Shown here piece by piece: positions 1 to 12,704 of a DNA stretch of 64,000 nt. Below the pieces are notes generated by a model, which was not told the origin of the DNA, did no database searches, and was given only the letters and a program-made list of their open reading frames with translations. The position numbers and the translations under genes are program-made. Position 1 is the stretch's first letter, and each line of letters opens with the position of its first letter. The stretch is from positions 6,605,190-6,669,189 of the forward strand of contig OZ037771.1 of the NCBI GenBank assembly GCA_964035545.1, in the 5' to 3' direction. The DNA comes from Bugula neritina. Lineage: Eukaryota; Animalia; Bryozoa.

Positions 1-460
1 TCATTACTTTGTAATTATTATTCCATGAGATATTAAATCTATTTAGAGCCCAAAATAAACTGATTACTTTCAGTTAATCTCGTATCATATGACATAATCC
101 ATTTACTTCAAGTCTCTTTACTACTGGATATATTATGTAATACATGTCAACCACATTCAGGTTTTCAGTAAACTTCATACATTTGTTTGCAAAGCTTAGC
201 TCTATGTTGTCAAGAGCCTCACTAATTCCTATTAGGTGGCTAACAAGTCATTAGAATAGAAAACCAGCAAATTCCTTTTACAGTGACAACTTGGTAGCCG
301 CCATGTTGGGTTTTCTGCTATTTATCTATTTACTCCTGTCCTTCTCCACCAAACTAATACTTAATTTGATTCAGCAATGTCATGTATCGGCACCTCTTTC
401 AACTGATAACACTGGCCACCTGTAGTCAGATGTAAGACAAAACAACTCCCAATAACTTAC

Positions 461-3400
461 AGTCACAATCTGGAAGTATCACAGCGGGACTTTTCCCACC
501 GAGTTCCATGGTCAGCTTAGCCAGGTTGTTAGCAGTCAGGGCTATGATCTTGCGGGCAGTCTGAAATATACCGGGTATAGATACAGATGTCACAGTACCT
601 ACAGCTAAACCTATTTCAAATGGAACATCTTCACATCATATGTAAATGGGAAGACAACTATAGTAATTTGCAAACTGCATGAAATAAACACACAAAAACT
701 GCTGCCAAGTTATTGAAAAGGTTGCAGGTTGATTATATGTCAAGAGAACTTGACTGAATAAGCAATTTTTCTAGACTGGATGAACTTGGAGATGGTATTT
801 GGCATATAGACTTGGCATTCAAACAAATTTGTGTAACTGAATGACAGTGACTAGAACAAAGTAGCAAAATCGACCAATGCCACATCACCAACAGTGTAAT
901 AACTAACAGTGTGAAATGGTATAATAGTAAACACTGCAATTAGTATTATAAAGTGCGCAAGTAGTCAGTTCTTCCAGACACCATAATGCAGTGCGGAAGA
1001 GCTCTGTTATCTCAACCACAGGTCAGTAGAAGAAACGATGAATAACCAAAGCAATGTGCCAAAACAACACTCAACCTAACAACTTACAGCAGTTGAGCCT
1101 GTGAATGCAATCTTTCTGACACCAGGATGAGACGCTAGAGTTGCCCCCGCAGTAGCTCCATACCCGGGGAGAACATTCAGCACCCCAGCTGGTAACTCCG
1201 CCTACAAACAAGTAGCTACTCTATAAACTGTACTACCACTTTAGTAGAACACATTCTAAAATACAACATAGCAAATCCTACAACACTATAGTACTTATAC
1301 TGATACCAGCTATACATGATGGTGTGACATGAAGACTCAAAAGGATGTGTATCTATGCTACAGTAACTTGATCACTTTGTTATAGTAAACAGTGGACATA
1401 GAATCATAGTATTATCAACACATGTTTTACTCACCTGCTGACTACACAGTACAATAATCACCTCAGATTTAAAAGTGTTTATTCTAAAACCCTTTATTAA
1501 CATCAGCTAAGTGTTGCAGCATTGCATCAGCACGCCAGTCAGATTAATGATTATGCATTGTATTATATTACTGATATGAGAGTATATATTACTAAGATGA
1601 GAGTATATATTACTAAGATGAGAGTATATATTCCTGAAGTGAGATGTAAAATTACACTTTTTGCCTAACCTCAAAAAATGCTTGGTCCAGTGTTCGAATT
1701 TAAAAATCGTTGAGTTTTTGGTGTCTAGTATGTCCTTGTAAATGGCACACAACTAACCTCATCACATGAAAGTGATAAAAATCGGGTAAAGAGAGATACA
1801 ACATGCCGCATAGCATTATATTAATAATATAAATAAAATGAAAATTCTACAGTAAAATACTGCCTGACCTCGCTGAAGATGGCTGCCATGTGAAGTGCTG
1901 TCAGGGGAGTTAACTCTGAGGGTTTGATGACACAAACGTTACCAGAGGCGAGGGCAGGCGCCACTTTCCAGGCAAACAGGGAGATGGGATAATTCCACTG
2001 CAATACAAGAGTTTACCCAGATTACAGCTTATGTACAGAATTTACATCTACAGCAGATAATCTACAGTACTTATACCTACAGTTAATGTAAAGAACATCC
2101 ATCTTGGAATATTATACAGAACTTACACCTTAAAATATTATACAGAACTTACACCTTGAAATATTATACAGTACTTACACCTTGAAATGTTACTTACTGG
2201 TATAATCCCTCCACAGACTCCTATTGGCTCTTGTCTTGTATATGCAAAGTATTGCCCATCTATAAACACATGAAAAACCTCAATAATACAAAAAATTGTT
2301 CAGATTACAACAGGTAGATGCACCACCTGTGAACTTCTTCAGATTTCCCTCCACCAAAACTCTAACTTTCTCGTCTTCAGCCTTGAGTAATGCTGTATTT
2401 CTTTCTTCAACCTGAATCGCTTTATAACGGTTATCTTCTTGAAAACATGAAATCAACCTAAGAGCTCACTACTCAGACAAACCAAATCCATTTCCTCTTT
2501 TTAATCTATTTGTGATTATTCTACTTGACTTGGACAAGAAATAAAATTCATAACAATTATTGTCTACCTACACCTATTGTCATATGCTATCTACATTCTA
2601 CACACTGGTGATATATCATCACTACTTTACAAACAAAAAAAACCGCTGTCACATGCCATACCTGTCTAATTTTAGCAAGTCCAATAATGTGACACCAATA
2701 GGGCTGGGTCTCCAGTTAGCCAGTGCCCTTATTACACTAAACATCTAATATATGTCAAAACAACTCATTTCTAAAACCAGGTATGTTGAAAAATTAATTT
2801 AATTACTTGACACATCGCCTATGACGATCTCATTGGATTAAATCCAATCTACAAACTTGTGTGAACTTTTGCTCTCAAAGAATTTGCATGTTCACCTGAC
2901 AGTGTGGCATATAAAAAATTTATGGCAAAGAAGGTATGGAAATCAATTAGGTCATGTGACAAATTAGGTCATACTACTTTTTGAGTGTGTTTGCTTACCT
3001 GGAGACAGCGTCTTCCCCAAAGATTTGTCTGCTAGTCCAGCATAGTATTTGAAGACATCGGCAGCGTGTTCAACATCACCCAGTGAGTCAGCATACGGTT
3101 TCCCAGCATCAAGTGTCTCTAGACTCTGAGAAACAGTTAGATTTTAACTAGCAGTATTACACTAATGACAGTTGTATTGAGTAGGAGTTTAGCACCTCGT
3201 GGTATTGAGGACAACACTTACCGAAATGAAGTGCTTCTGCTCCATCATAATCTCGCCAACCCGAACGAGGAGTTTCCCGCGAGCAGAGGCGTCCATTGTC
3301 CTCCATTTGGAGTTTCTTTTGAATGCTGCAGCGGCTGATTTCACTGCTTCATTCACATCTTCCTAGGTAAATGAGAATAAAAAGAACGAAACTGGGCCAA

Positions 3401-3588
3401 TTAACTCGCTTAAATAACTAACTTTGTAGCTCACCCAAATAATAAATGTTAACTGCTATTCAAAAACCCTATAAGCTACCCACTGCATCAGCTTCTGCAA
3501 TATCACAGATCTTTTCTTCTGTAGCTGGATTAAAATTTTCAAAGGTTTTGCCACTTTTCGAGTCAACCCATTGATTGTTGATGAAGAG
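461..3588 (-). CDS. Aldehyde dehydrogenase, ALDH1/ALDH2 family, coding exons 2-8 (continues past the window start)
   Basis: Phase-consistent GT-AG exons at 3588-3484, 3362-3222, 3125-2999, 2259-2198, 1997-1869, 1201-1088 and 560-461. Translation includes [47 protein letters not shown] and the catalytic-Glu motif ELGGKSP. Confidence 0.96.
1563..1632. repeat. 21-bp minisatellite, about 3 copies (intronic)
   Basis: Repeated tattactaagatgagagtata; it produces the spurious (NIYSHLS)n ORF. Confidence 0.8.
2103..2187. repeat. About 26-bp minisatellite, about 3 copies (intronic)
   Basis: Repeated cttgaaatattatacagaacttacac. Confidence 0.75.
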
Positions 3589-4314
3589 CTATAACATGAC
3601 ACAAGCTGCTTTACAGTAACAGAAAGATGGCATATGCTTCTTTACACTATAGTCACGTCCGATTTCAATTGCAATGAATTGGAGAATAGAAATATTGTAA
3701 ACTCTAGCATATAAATTAAATAACTCTATAATGGCAGCCGGAATAAGTGCTGACAAAACTATTTGCTGATATGCCTTATATTTTGTTTAGGTACTAATAA
3801 CTTGCAGATTAGAAAATGATGTTTATTACCAACATTTTTAGTCAGTAAATAGAAATTAATTTTAAGAAACCTACAGAGTGAAACAGTTCAAAACATTTTA
3901 TTTTGTTGAATTTGAAGCTGAAATATATTTATATATAATATAGCTTACACTATTCATATACCTTACTTCAAGCATAAAAATTACACATGAACTGAAAAAA
4001 ATAAAACCCTTTTATTTTTATATGTTGCAGCTTTAGAGAACAGAGTTTACTAGAAACCACAATATTCGTAAACCAACTCATAACAACAATGAGCTACACT
4101 GCAACTTTTTTCATTAAAAACATGGAAGTTGAGTAGACTAAAATCACTGGTATTAAGAGCTCATAAGATTTGTTCCACTCCAACGCTTTGAGAACCAAAA
4201 TATATACACAATGTTTTGAACAAGAAAATGGATATCTGTATCGGTGTTGTCCAAAAGCAGCTTTCTTTATATATATATATATATATATATTTTGTAAAAA
4301 TTTAAATCCACCAA

Positions 4315-4365
4315 TATTGTACCCGAGGAATGCCGAAGAGGCATGAAACTATTAGTAGCGCAATA
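4315..4365 (+). ncRNA. Hammerhead ribozyme copy in the 5' repeat, core mutated (CCGAGGA)
   Basis: Same fold as 6887-6937. The core has U->C, stem II is atgcc/ggcat, and stem I has one mismatch. Confidence 0.7.
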
Positions 4366-4538
4366 AAACATCTAATTAAATTGCTCTTTTCTTCAATAAT
4401 ATAATTGCTCATTATTATACACATAATAATTTGAGCACTTTTTCATCTGCTGTTTTTTAAAAAACTCACGCTACGACTATTATAAAAGCTTCTTATATAA
4501 GAAAAATAAGTTGAGCACTCTCGCAAACAGCTGACAAA

Positions 4539-6639
4539 ATGGAAGCAATCAATTGTAAATACTCAACACAGAACATCCCTATACCATCAAACGAGGATTA
4601 CATTGAGAAACTAATAAAAAAAACTCAACTCTTCTGCCGGCGATCAAGATGGAAAATGTTTTCCTTCCTAAACCCACAAATAACTAGCGAAAAGAAAAAA
4701 CATATGAAATTAACTCAACTAAACCAACACCTCAAATAAAAGAACTTGCTAATTTTGAGAAAAAATTAATCAATCTGATACGTAATGTGAAATTCAAACG
4801 GGATACAACTACTTTTCAAAGAAAACTCCAGCAAGACATCAGAAACAAAATTAAAAACTCAAATACTCTTTTAGTGCCATCCGATAAAACGAACAACTTT
4901 TACAAAATGGACACACACCTGTACAACAAAATGCTCCTAAACAGCATCACCAAGACATACAAAAAGGTAAGCCAACACACAATAGACAAAATCAAAACTA
5001 AAACAAACCTTATGGACAGAGTCACTACAACTAGTGAGCAAGAAGCTTTCTTTACACTAAAAGATCACAAAGACAATTTCACAAACAAATCAAGTTGCCG
5101 CCTTATAAATCCTTGCAAACCAGAGATAGGAAAGATTAGTAAACAGATATTAGATGGGATAAATAACAAAACTCTTACAAACACACACCTAAACCAATGG
5201 AAAAACACCACTGACGTAATAAAATGGTTTGAAGGAATCAACGACAAACACCAACACACATTTATTTCATTTGACGTCATAGACTTTTACCCTTCAATAT
5301 CACAAAGCCTACTTGAAAACGCTCTAACTTTTGCATCGAAATTTGACATAATCAGCAAAGATGAAACAGAAATAATTCTATATGCCAAAAAGTCACTACT
5401 TTTCAACTCTGGAAATGCATGGGGAAAACATAACTACAACCTTTTTGACGTAACAATGGGAGGGTACCACCGCGCTGAAACATGCGAGCTAGTTGGGGCG
5501 TACATTTTAAACCTAATAACACAAAAGCATGGCAAAAGCTTCGGCCTGTACAGGGATGATGGCTTAGGAGTTTTCGACAAAACACCAAAAGAAATAGAGA
5601 ACATAAAAAAGGATGTCTGCAAAATATTTTCTGAAAATGGATTAAAAATAACAATTGAAACAAATAAAAAAATTATCAACTTCTTAGACACCACGCTTAA
5701 CCTAAACAACAAAACCTACGCACCATACACTAAGCCAAACAGTTCTACTAAATATATTCATAGCAAATCCAACCACCCACCAAGCATAATCTCCAACCTA
5801 CCCTTGTCTGTTAACAAACGACTGTAGTCAATAATTTCTAATGAGAAAATTTTCACACAATCCACCTACAACCACCAAAACCTCATAAACCAAAGTGGCT
5901 AAAACCACCAACTACAATTCCTACCAAGAACACAAACAGACAACACACAGCAGAAATCCCGAAACTGAAAAAGAAAAGTTGTGTGGTACAATCCACCATA
6001 CAGCCAACATGTAACCACAAAAATTGCAAAAAACTTCTTTAAAATCGTGATTGAGGAATTTCCGAAACAACACCCACTCTATAAAATAATCAACAAAAAC
6101 AATATAAAAGGTAGCTACAACTGCATGCCAAACATAAAAGAAACCATAAATGCTCACAATAACAGAATTTTAGAGAAATAGAAGCAACAAAACAAAACCC
6201 CAGAAAAAACTGAAACTGCAGAGAAAAAGAAAGTTGTCCACTGAAAGGAAACTGTCAGGAGAGCAGAGTAATACACCAAGCAACTGTAGAAACCACCGAA
6301 AACGAACCTGCAACATACATTGGCCTAAGTGAAGGACCGTTCAAACTAAGATACGCAAACAACAAATCATCATTCAAAAACAAGGAAAAAGCAAATCAAA
6401 CAGAACTTAGCAAATACATCTGGCAACTAACTAGCAAAAATATTAAACATAGTTTAAGTTGGAAAATATTAAGAAAAGTGAAACCATACAACGCAATTAC
6501 CAAAAGGTGTAATTTATGCCTCTGGGAATGTTTCTTTATTTTATACAAACCCAACATGTGCACTTTAAACAAGCGAAACGAACTCTTATCAACCTGCCGA
6601 CACTCAAAAAAATTCTTACTGTGCAACCACAAAACCTAG
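4539..6639 (+). pseudogene. PLE RT-GIY-YIG polyprotein, disrupted (largest open piece 4787-5827)
   Basis: Motifs SFDVIDFYPSI, GLYRDDGL, NFLDTTL, SNHPP, WYNPPYS, NCR..CPLKGNC, TYIGLSEGPFKLRY, CNLCLWE, LNKRNEL..CRH. Frameshift near 4700 and stops at 5825, 6179 and 6211. Confidence 0.9.
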
Positions 6640-6886
6640 AAACTCTGTAGCCTATTTATATTTTATGTACTATAGTAAATAATATCCAAATACCTATAAA
6701 GTATAATCACCAAACAACAACTTCAAGCATCTGCTATAAATTGTGTTTTTACATCATGTGTTTATTTTATATATTTAAATACACTTGCAAACCTATATAA
6801 CAACAAAGCCACCGCTATGTTTGCATTACGTTCTACGTTATGTTTAGCATGTTGATTTTCTTAATGTAAAGATTTAAATCCACCAA

Positions 6887-6937
6887 TATTGTGCCTGAGG
6901 AGTGCCGAAGAGGCATGAAACTATTAGTAGCGCAATA
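6887..6937 (+). ncRNA. Minimal type I hammerhead ribozyme with intact core, in the 3' repeat of the PLE
   Basis: Stem I tattgtgc/gcgcaata, core CTGAGGA, stem II gtgcc-gaaga-ggcat, GAAA, short stem III ctattag, cleavage triplet GTA ending at 6929. Confidence 0.88.
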
Positions 6938-7024
6938 AAACATCTAATTAAATTGCTCTTTTCTTCAATATATATATATATATATATATAGTTTTTATTT
7001 TTATATTCAAAATTGTATCAATAC

Positions 7025-7027
<3 letters not shown>

Positions 7028-7117
<90 letters not shown>
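7028..7117. repeat. (TA)n microsatellite
   Basis: About 45 TA units. Confidence 0.98.
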
Positions 7118-7121
<4 letters not shown>

Positions 7122-7644
7122 CGACTTTCTTTTGTTATGAATTTTTTGTGTTGTCAGTCATTTTTGCGTTTAGTTTAGCTTTTGCCTCACTTACTTTTCT
7201 GTTTCATTTTTTGTTATATAGTTAGCAAGAAAAGCTTCAATTTTGTATTTCTTTAAAAAAACATATAAACTTTATCTCCAAGAGTAAAAAACCTAAAACT
7301 CTTAAGTGGGTTATAATTTGTAAGTATTTATTTTTATATATTACTATGCATTTTCTTTGGATTTTTCTTACAGTATACTTTGTCATTATTTATATTTTTC
7401 TTTCTAGGTTACGATCCCTCTATAGCACTTTTAAATAAACCAGAATCAGCATCATAACCCTCTCAAATTGACCAATGATGTTGCTTGCATGATTACCTGT
7501 GGCTTATTCCATTTTTGCAGACATTTACATTAGTAACAGACACACCCCTTTTCCCTTTTCTACCACGTCAACTAGCAGCACGATTTTACACTACTACTAT
7601 CTTTTTCACAACTTCTCTTTATTCATATCTATATAATCAATAAA

Positions 7645-7960
7645 ATGGAAAAACTCATGAAAATGAGAGTCAATTTCATAGCTGAAGTTGAAAATCGACC
7701 CAACATATGGAATTATCGGCTCAAAAGTTCATACAAAACAAAAAGTAAAAGAATTGGCTGAAGTAGCCAAAGTTGTTAACGTCCCCGAGATGTAATTTTC
7801 ATAGGGTCCAGTATTAGTACTATTACTTTGCAAATGTTGATGTGATTTCTTTTTTGTTAGTCAAAATTCATTAAACTTATAATTATGTGAAAATAATAAA
7901 ATTACTACAATTGAATTTTTTGCAGTTAAAACAGCAACAAAGAAGTGGCAGAATATTAAT
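7645..7960 (+). pseudogene. MADF/Myb-SANT domain remnant, probably a PIF/Harbinger accessory gene
   Basis: FIAEVENRPNIWNYRL ... W.EVAKVVN, then after an intron-like gap VKTATKKWQNI. This is the MADF tryptophan pattern, frameshifted. Confidence 0.55.
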
Positions 7961-8199
7961 GCTTAATCTTTGAAAACAATTTGAAAATACTTAAAAACTA
8001 TTTTCTTTTGCTTGATCGATTGTGGATAGCTTCCTCAAATTTACCTTATGCATACAGTTGAACATAACGTTACCTTCAAATTTCATTCAAAGTTCAACTC
8101 TGAAAATGGAAACAGTGGTGTCTGAAATATTACTTTACTTTGATAAATAAAGGAGAAAACAAATAAAATGCTGCTTATTTTCAATACACTGTCAATTAG

Positions 8200-8495
8200 G
8201 CTAAAATCAGGAGGAACAGAAAATTTTTTGGGTTGCTTCGAATTAAACCCCTTAGTCCCGGAGGAGACAACATTCGTCATGTGCCAAAAATGTGGAGCGT
8301 AACCAGATAGATGTTAAACAGGGTGTTGCAATCGACCCAGTCACAGCCCCCATAGACGAGGTGTTACAAATATCTGAGGATGACGCTGTTTCTCCAGAGG
8401 AGGCACTGGAATTAACAGTGCAACTCCCCAGTAAACTAAATGTGGTTTTTACCAGAAGTGGTGGGCAAATTAAAAGTAGGAAATATTATGATTAG
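8200..8495 (+). mobile_element. Possible Gypsy pol C-terminal remnant
   Basis: Acidic/Pro-rich tail ending VFTRSGGQIKSRKYYD*, resembling the TRSGRxxKxPxxY end of Gypsy integrases. Confidence 0.35.
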
Positions 8496-11346
8496 GTCCA
8501 CTAGTAAATGTTATCTTTAAATTTTAGATAATAAGAGAAACAAAAAATAGAGATACAGAATAGAAGGTTAAGAAAGAGAAGGAACAACAGTCTGTAGGGC
8601 AAGGGCATCTCACAGACATGGAAAACATAAATAAACCCACCAAGTCATATTTGGTAAAAAGGATGAAAAACAGATAATGGTCACTGCAATGATCGCCATT
8701 AGGGAGGACCAGCCAAAAATGATGTTGTACGGTAGTGTAGGCAAACAGCTGCATGCACTGTCAAGCAGAGGTCAACTGTCCTGTGTACCTTTGCTAAAGG
8801 CGCCACAAACATGATTATTGGGCTAAGGACTATCTGGACAACACTAGGTGTAAGTAGTATAAAAATGCCAATCACAACACTAAAAAAAGGTCTGCTGGCG
8901 CAACCCAAACATCAAGTGCACCTACGGGTCCCGAAATTGCCAAAGTAGCAAGAATTCACAGCATAAAAAACTATGGTTTTCCGAACAGTGTTGACGCAAC
9001 AAGACATATTTTAAAAATAAACATTAAAATTTCAAAGTGGATACAAAATCTCCTGACATTGTAAACAGGGAGTGTTTGTTGATGTAGTGTTTATGTTAAA
9101 ATACTACATAAACATTACATCAACTTGTTTGCTCTCAAAAGATTTGTTTTATCACTACATGTTCACCACATCATCTGATGCCATAAAAATCCAAACCTTA
9201 ATTTGAGCAGAATAGCTTCTTTATGTTTTTCGTTTATATTTCATGCTGCTGCTAACTAATTTATACGGGATAAATTATTGGTTTGTTTTAGGTTTCACAG
9301 TTGATATTCTATATTTCATATTCTAAGATTTATACTTTAATTATACAAATATTAGTATTTAAAGTAAAAAAGGGAAAATTTGGTAAATCATTCTTGAAAC
9401 ACCTTGCTACCAAAAATGGCTAGCAAAATCAAAAAAGCTATAAGCCAAAGACTCCAACAGTTTCAGAAATCGCTTCTATTACTCATCCCGGAAAGGTAAA
9501 GTCGACGAACTTCAATAGACAATCAATCTGGTAACAGAGCTTTACAGAAGTCCCCGAGTTTCAATGAAGTTTCCCAATAAATAGCAAAATAATAAAGTTT
9601 TCCATCTTATAAAGTTCACACAAAAGACTTATCAGCTGTTTATAAAAAATACTCTAACATCCAGACGTACTTGTTTATATTGATTAAACTAAGACTAGCA
9701 GGAATTAAGCTTAAGAGGTTTTCTAAATAGATTTGACTTCTGTGATAATGTAAAAATGTTGTCAAGGGCTATCAAACCGATATGGAGAGGCAAAATATAC
9801 TATATTTAGCTATAGCATCTGCTTTCGAATTATAATTTTGTTGTTGTCTCGAATGTGTGAAAATACAAAGTGTGAGAATACAAAAAAATCTTTTGCAGAT
9901 CTACCAAGACGCTATTGAAATTCCCACAAAGTACCACAAATGGCAAAAAATCAGGAAGCCTTACAACAATCAACTAATTACTAAATTGAAAAATATATGT
10001 AAGCAAAGCAAGGTTGGAGATACTCTATCAGCTATGCAAGTTGCTGGAAAATTTTGCATAGGGTAGCTGTCAGCATTTAAAAAGTGTAAACAGAATTTAA
10101 ACGAAGATCACTTAAAGGTGGTTGTCGAATTAGCTGAAAACTGCACTTGAAAAGACTTAGCAGAAACACAGTTATCCTATTACATTCGACAATCCATCAC
10201 TATCCATCCCACGGTTGCAATATTTTCGAAGCAAAGTGTCATTAAATAAGATTTTGTGGTTATAATTTCCCCAAACTTATGCATGACATTAGCTCCGTAA
10301 AAGCCTACGTAATTGTGTTGTGCAAACATGTGGAGTTTTCTACCTCAATATCAAGGAAGTCATTGTCTGGTTAGATGAGTGCTATACTCAGTACAAAAGC
10401 AAAATACCATTATAGAACATTTCTAAACAGCTAGACTGCAATTTAAAAATATTGAAATATATGCATGTTTACATGAAAAATCTGAGGCTTATGGGCAATC
10501 TGCTGCAAAAAAGTCGTCCGATGACAGTTCGATTAAAGGTAAACTTACTTACAGAATAGTTTCTAGATAGAAAATGGATTGAGTAGGGGACATTTCTATT
10601 ACAGCTCCTCTACAACCATTAATGACATTCGGGAGAGTAGTCAACCTTTATTTACTCCACTGTCACAAATTCTACTTTATAAACTGCTATAGTATATATC
10701 ACTCTCTTTTGTTATTTAGCTTACACTTATAGTTAGTATGGCACACAAGTCTATCGCAATTATTATTGCGCAATAGTTGTTTACATTCTTGGTTACTTTA
10801 TTGTGCTAATTAATAGTGCTTATTCCACACCGGTCATGCACAGTGTGGAATGTGGTAGTATTTTTTAGACATCAATTTAGTATAAAAGCAGATGCTTTAC
10901 TTGTAAAAGTCAGTTCATTTTCATAAGTTGATCTGCGTATATCTTGCTGGAGAAATCAAGTCTACTTATATTCACAACTCTATTTACTCTCAACTGGATT
11001 AGCAAGCTGTATGCTATTTGTCCATACACTTCTGACTGCCAGACTTTTCGAACTGGTCACACTGCTACCATAGTTTTGTGACAGTTGGGGGCTGCTCTGG
11101 GAAGTCTCAGTCACACACAGAGAAGTTATCAGCTACGTGAGCCTACACAGGATTAATTAGCAGTTGTTGAGACATCATGGCGTTGTTGGAGAAAGTGACA
11201 GATTGGTAGAGGACTAGCTCGTAACATTTGTTGAAAAGAACCTACCCATTGTTGCTACACAAAAGGAAAAAGAAAAGGCACGAGAGGAGCGTAGATTAGA
11301 GCATGAGGCAGAAAAAAAAACCAGGCAAGAAAATGAAAAAGCCATA

Positions 11347-12180
11347 ATGGAAATGAAAATAAAAGCTGATCAGCAGGCAATGGCACTCAAGGTTAAAGCT
11401 GACCAGGAGGTAGAAACGAGAAGACAACGACATGAATTAGATATGGAAAAGCTGAAAGCTGACACAAGTTTGGAGCACTCAAGACATGAGAGCACCAGGT
11501 TAGAGATAACTAACAAACCATTCTTTGATGAAAAGGTGGATGAAATGGATAGCTATTTGGAGAGATTCCAGTGGCTTGCTGAAAGATGTACCTGGGACAA
11601 GGGGGATTGGCCTTAACATCCAAGTCAATACATAAGAGGAAAAGCGACAGATACCTACACTAGGCTGTCAACAGAAGAACGAAAAGACTACAAAAAAGTC
11701 AAAAAAGCTCTTCTACATCGATATAACCTCACTGAAGAAGGATATTGGAAGAAACTTAGAGAAAGTCAAGCGGAGCAAGATGAAACCCCACAACAGTTCA
11801 TAGTAAGACTAGCAAGTTATTTGGATAACTGGGTGGGACTGTCTAGCTGCAAAGATTTACGAGAGGTAATCTTACAAGAGCAATTTATTACCTCATGTCC
11901 ATCTGATTTGTCAACTTATCTAAGAGAAAGGAAAATGGATAACCTGGAAAGCCTTGCCGAAAATGTTGAAAGATATCTCACGGCACATGACCGTACACTC
12001 TCACACATAGAGAAGATAACTCCAAAAGAGGAGGACACCAAAACATGACCAGAAGTAACAGACCAACTTTACCAAAAGAAGGGGAACACACCCTACCAGG
12101 GTACAAAGTACTGCACTCATTGTAAAATGAGCAACCACAACACTTCAGCATGTAAAAGAGTCCACAAACCAGTACATAGA
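11347..12180 (+). pseudogene. Gag with SCAN-like capsid and zinc knuckle, disrupted
   Basis: ORFs 11347-11616 and 11821-12048 share a frame, separated by a TAA at 11614. The CCHC knuckle lies near 12110-12153. Confidence 0.8.
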
Positions 12181-12290
12181 GCTGGAGTGGGTAGACAAGA
12201 AACAAAATGGTCAAATGATGACAACACACAGGGAAGTTATAAAAGGAATGAAGAGATACAGATGAATAGAAAAAGGTATGTTCAAATGGG

Positions 12291-12704
12291 ATGCTGCAAA
12301 AAATAGAAAACGGGATTGAAGATGAATTGCTACTAGAAAAGGGGTATGTCAATGGGCGAGAAGTAGAGATACTCCAAGATACAGGATGCGACACTGTTGC
12401 AGTAAAGAAAGAGTTGGTGAGCCCTCAACAATATGTCAGAGAACACAGATATTTGAAATTAGTAGACAACACTACAAAAAAATTACCGATGGCGAAGATC
12501 AATATAAACACATCATATTATCAAGGAGAAGTGATGGCAATAGTGATGGATAACTGTATACATGACTTGATCATCGGAAACGTACCTGGAGTCCAATCAC
12601 CATGCAATCCAATAACAAACTGGAATCTGGAATGCTCCATCACTAACAAAACAAAAACCTCCAATAAAAAGGCCAAAGGCAAGGATAACATTGGAGTTGA
12701 CTAA
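12291..12704 (+). CDS. Retroviral-type aspartic protease of the LTR element
   Basis: GYVNGREVEILQDTGCDTVAV ... DLIIGN. Confidence 0.8.
   Translation: MLQKIENGIEDELLLEKGYVNGREVEILQDTGCDTVAVKKELVSPQQYVREHRYLKLVDNTTKKLPMAKININTSYYQGEVMAIVMDNCIHDLIIGNVPGVQSPCNPITNWNLECSITNKTKTSNKKAKGKDNIGVD

Larger units (their letters stand above)
4291..6968 (+). mobile_element. Penelope-like retroelement (RT plus C-terminal GIY-YIG endonuclease), degenerate, with direct terminal repeats (pseudo-LTR), inserted in (TA)n
   Basis: About 105-bp direct repeat at 4293-4398 and 6865-6970. (TA)n on both flanks. RT and GIY-YIG motifs lie between the repeats, and each repeat has a hammerhead motif. Confidence 0.93.

Noticed and set aside
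6211-6213. In-frame TGA at the first Cys of the PLE CxC motif (N*NCR), suggesting selenocysteine as in Naiad PLEs
   Set aside because: The copy also has TAG/TAA stops and frameshifts, I see no SECIS downstream, and the endonuclease is C-terminal, unlike Naiads. Decay is the simpler explanation unless other copies share the TGA.
7013-7225. (YI)n ORFs here and at 37487, and the (HT)n ORF at 36857
   Set aside because: These are translations of microsatellites.
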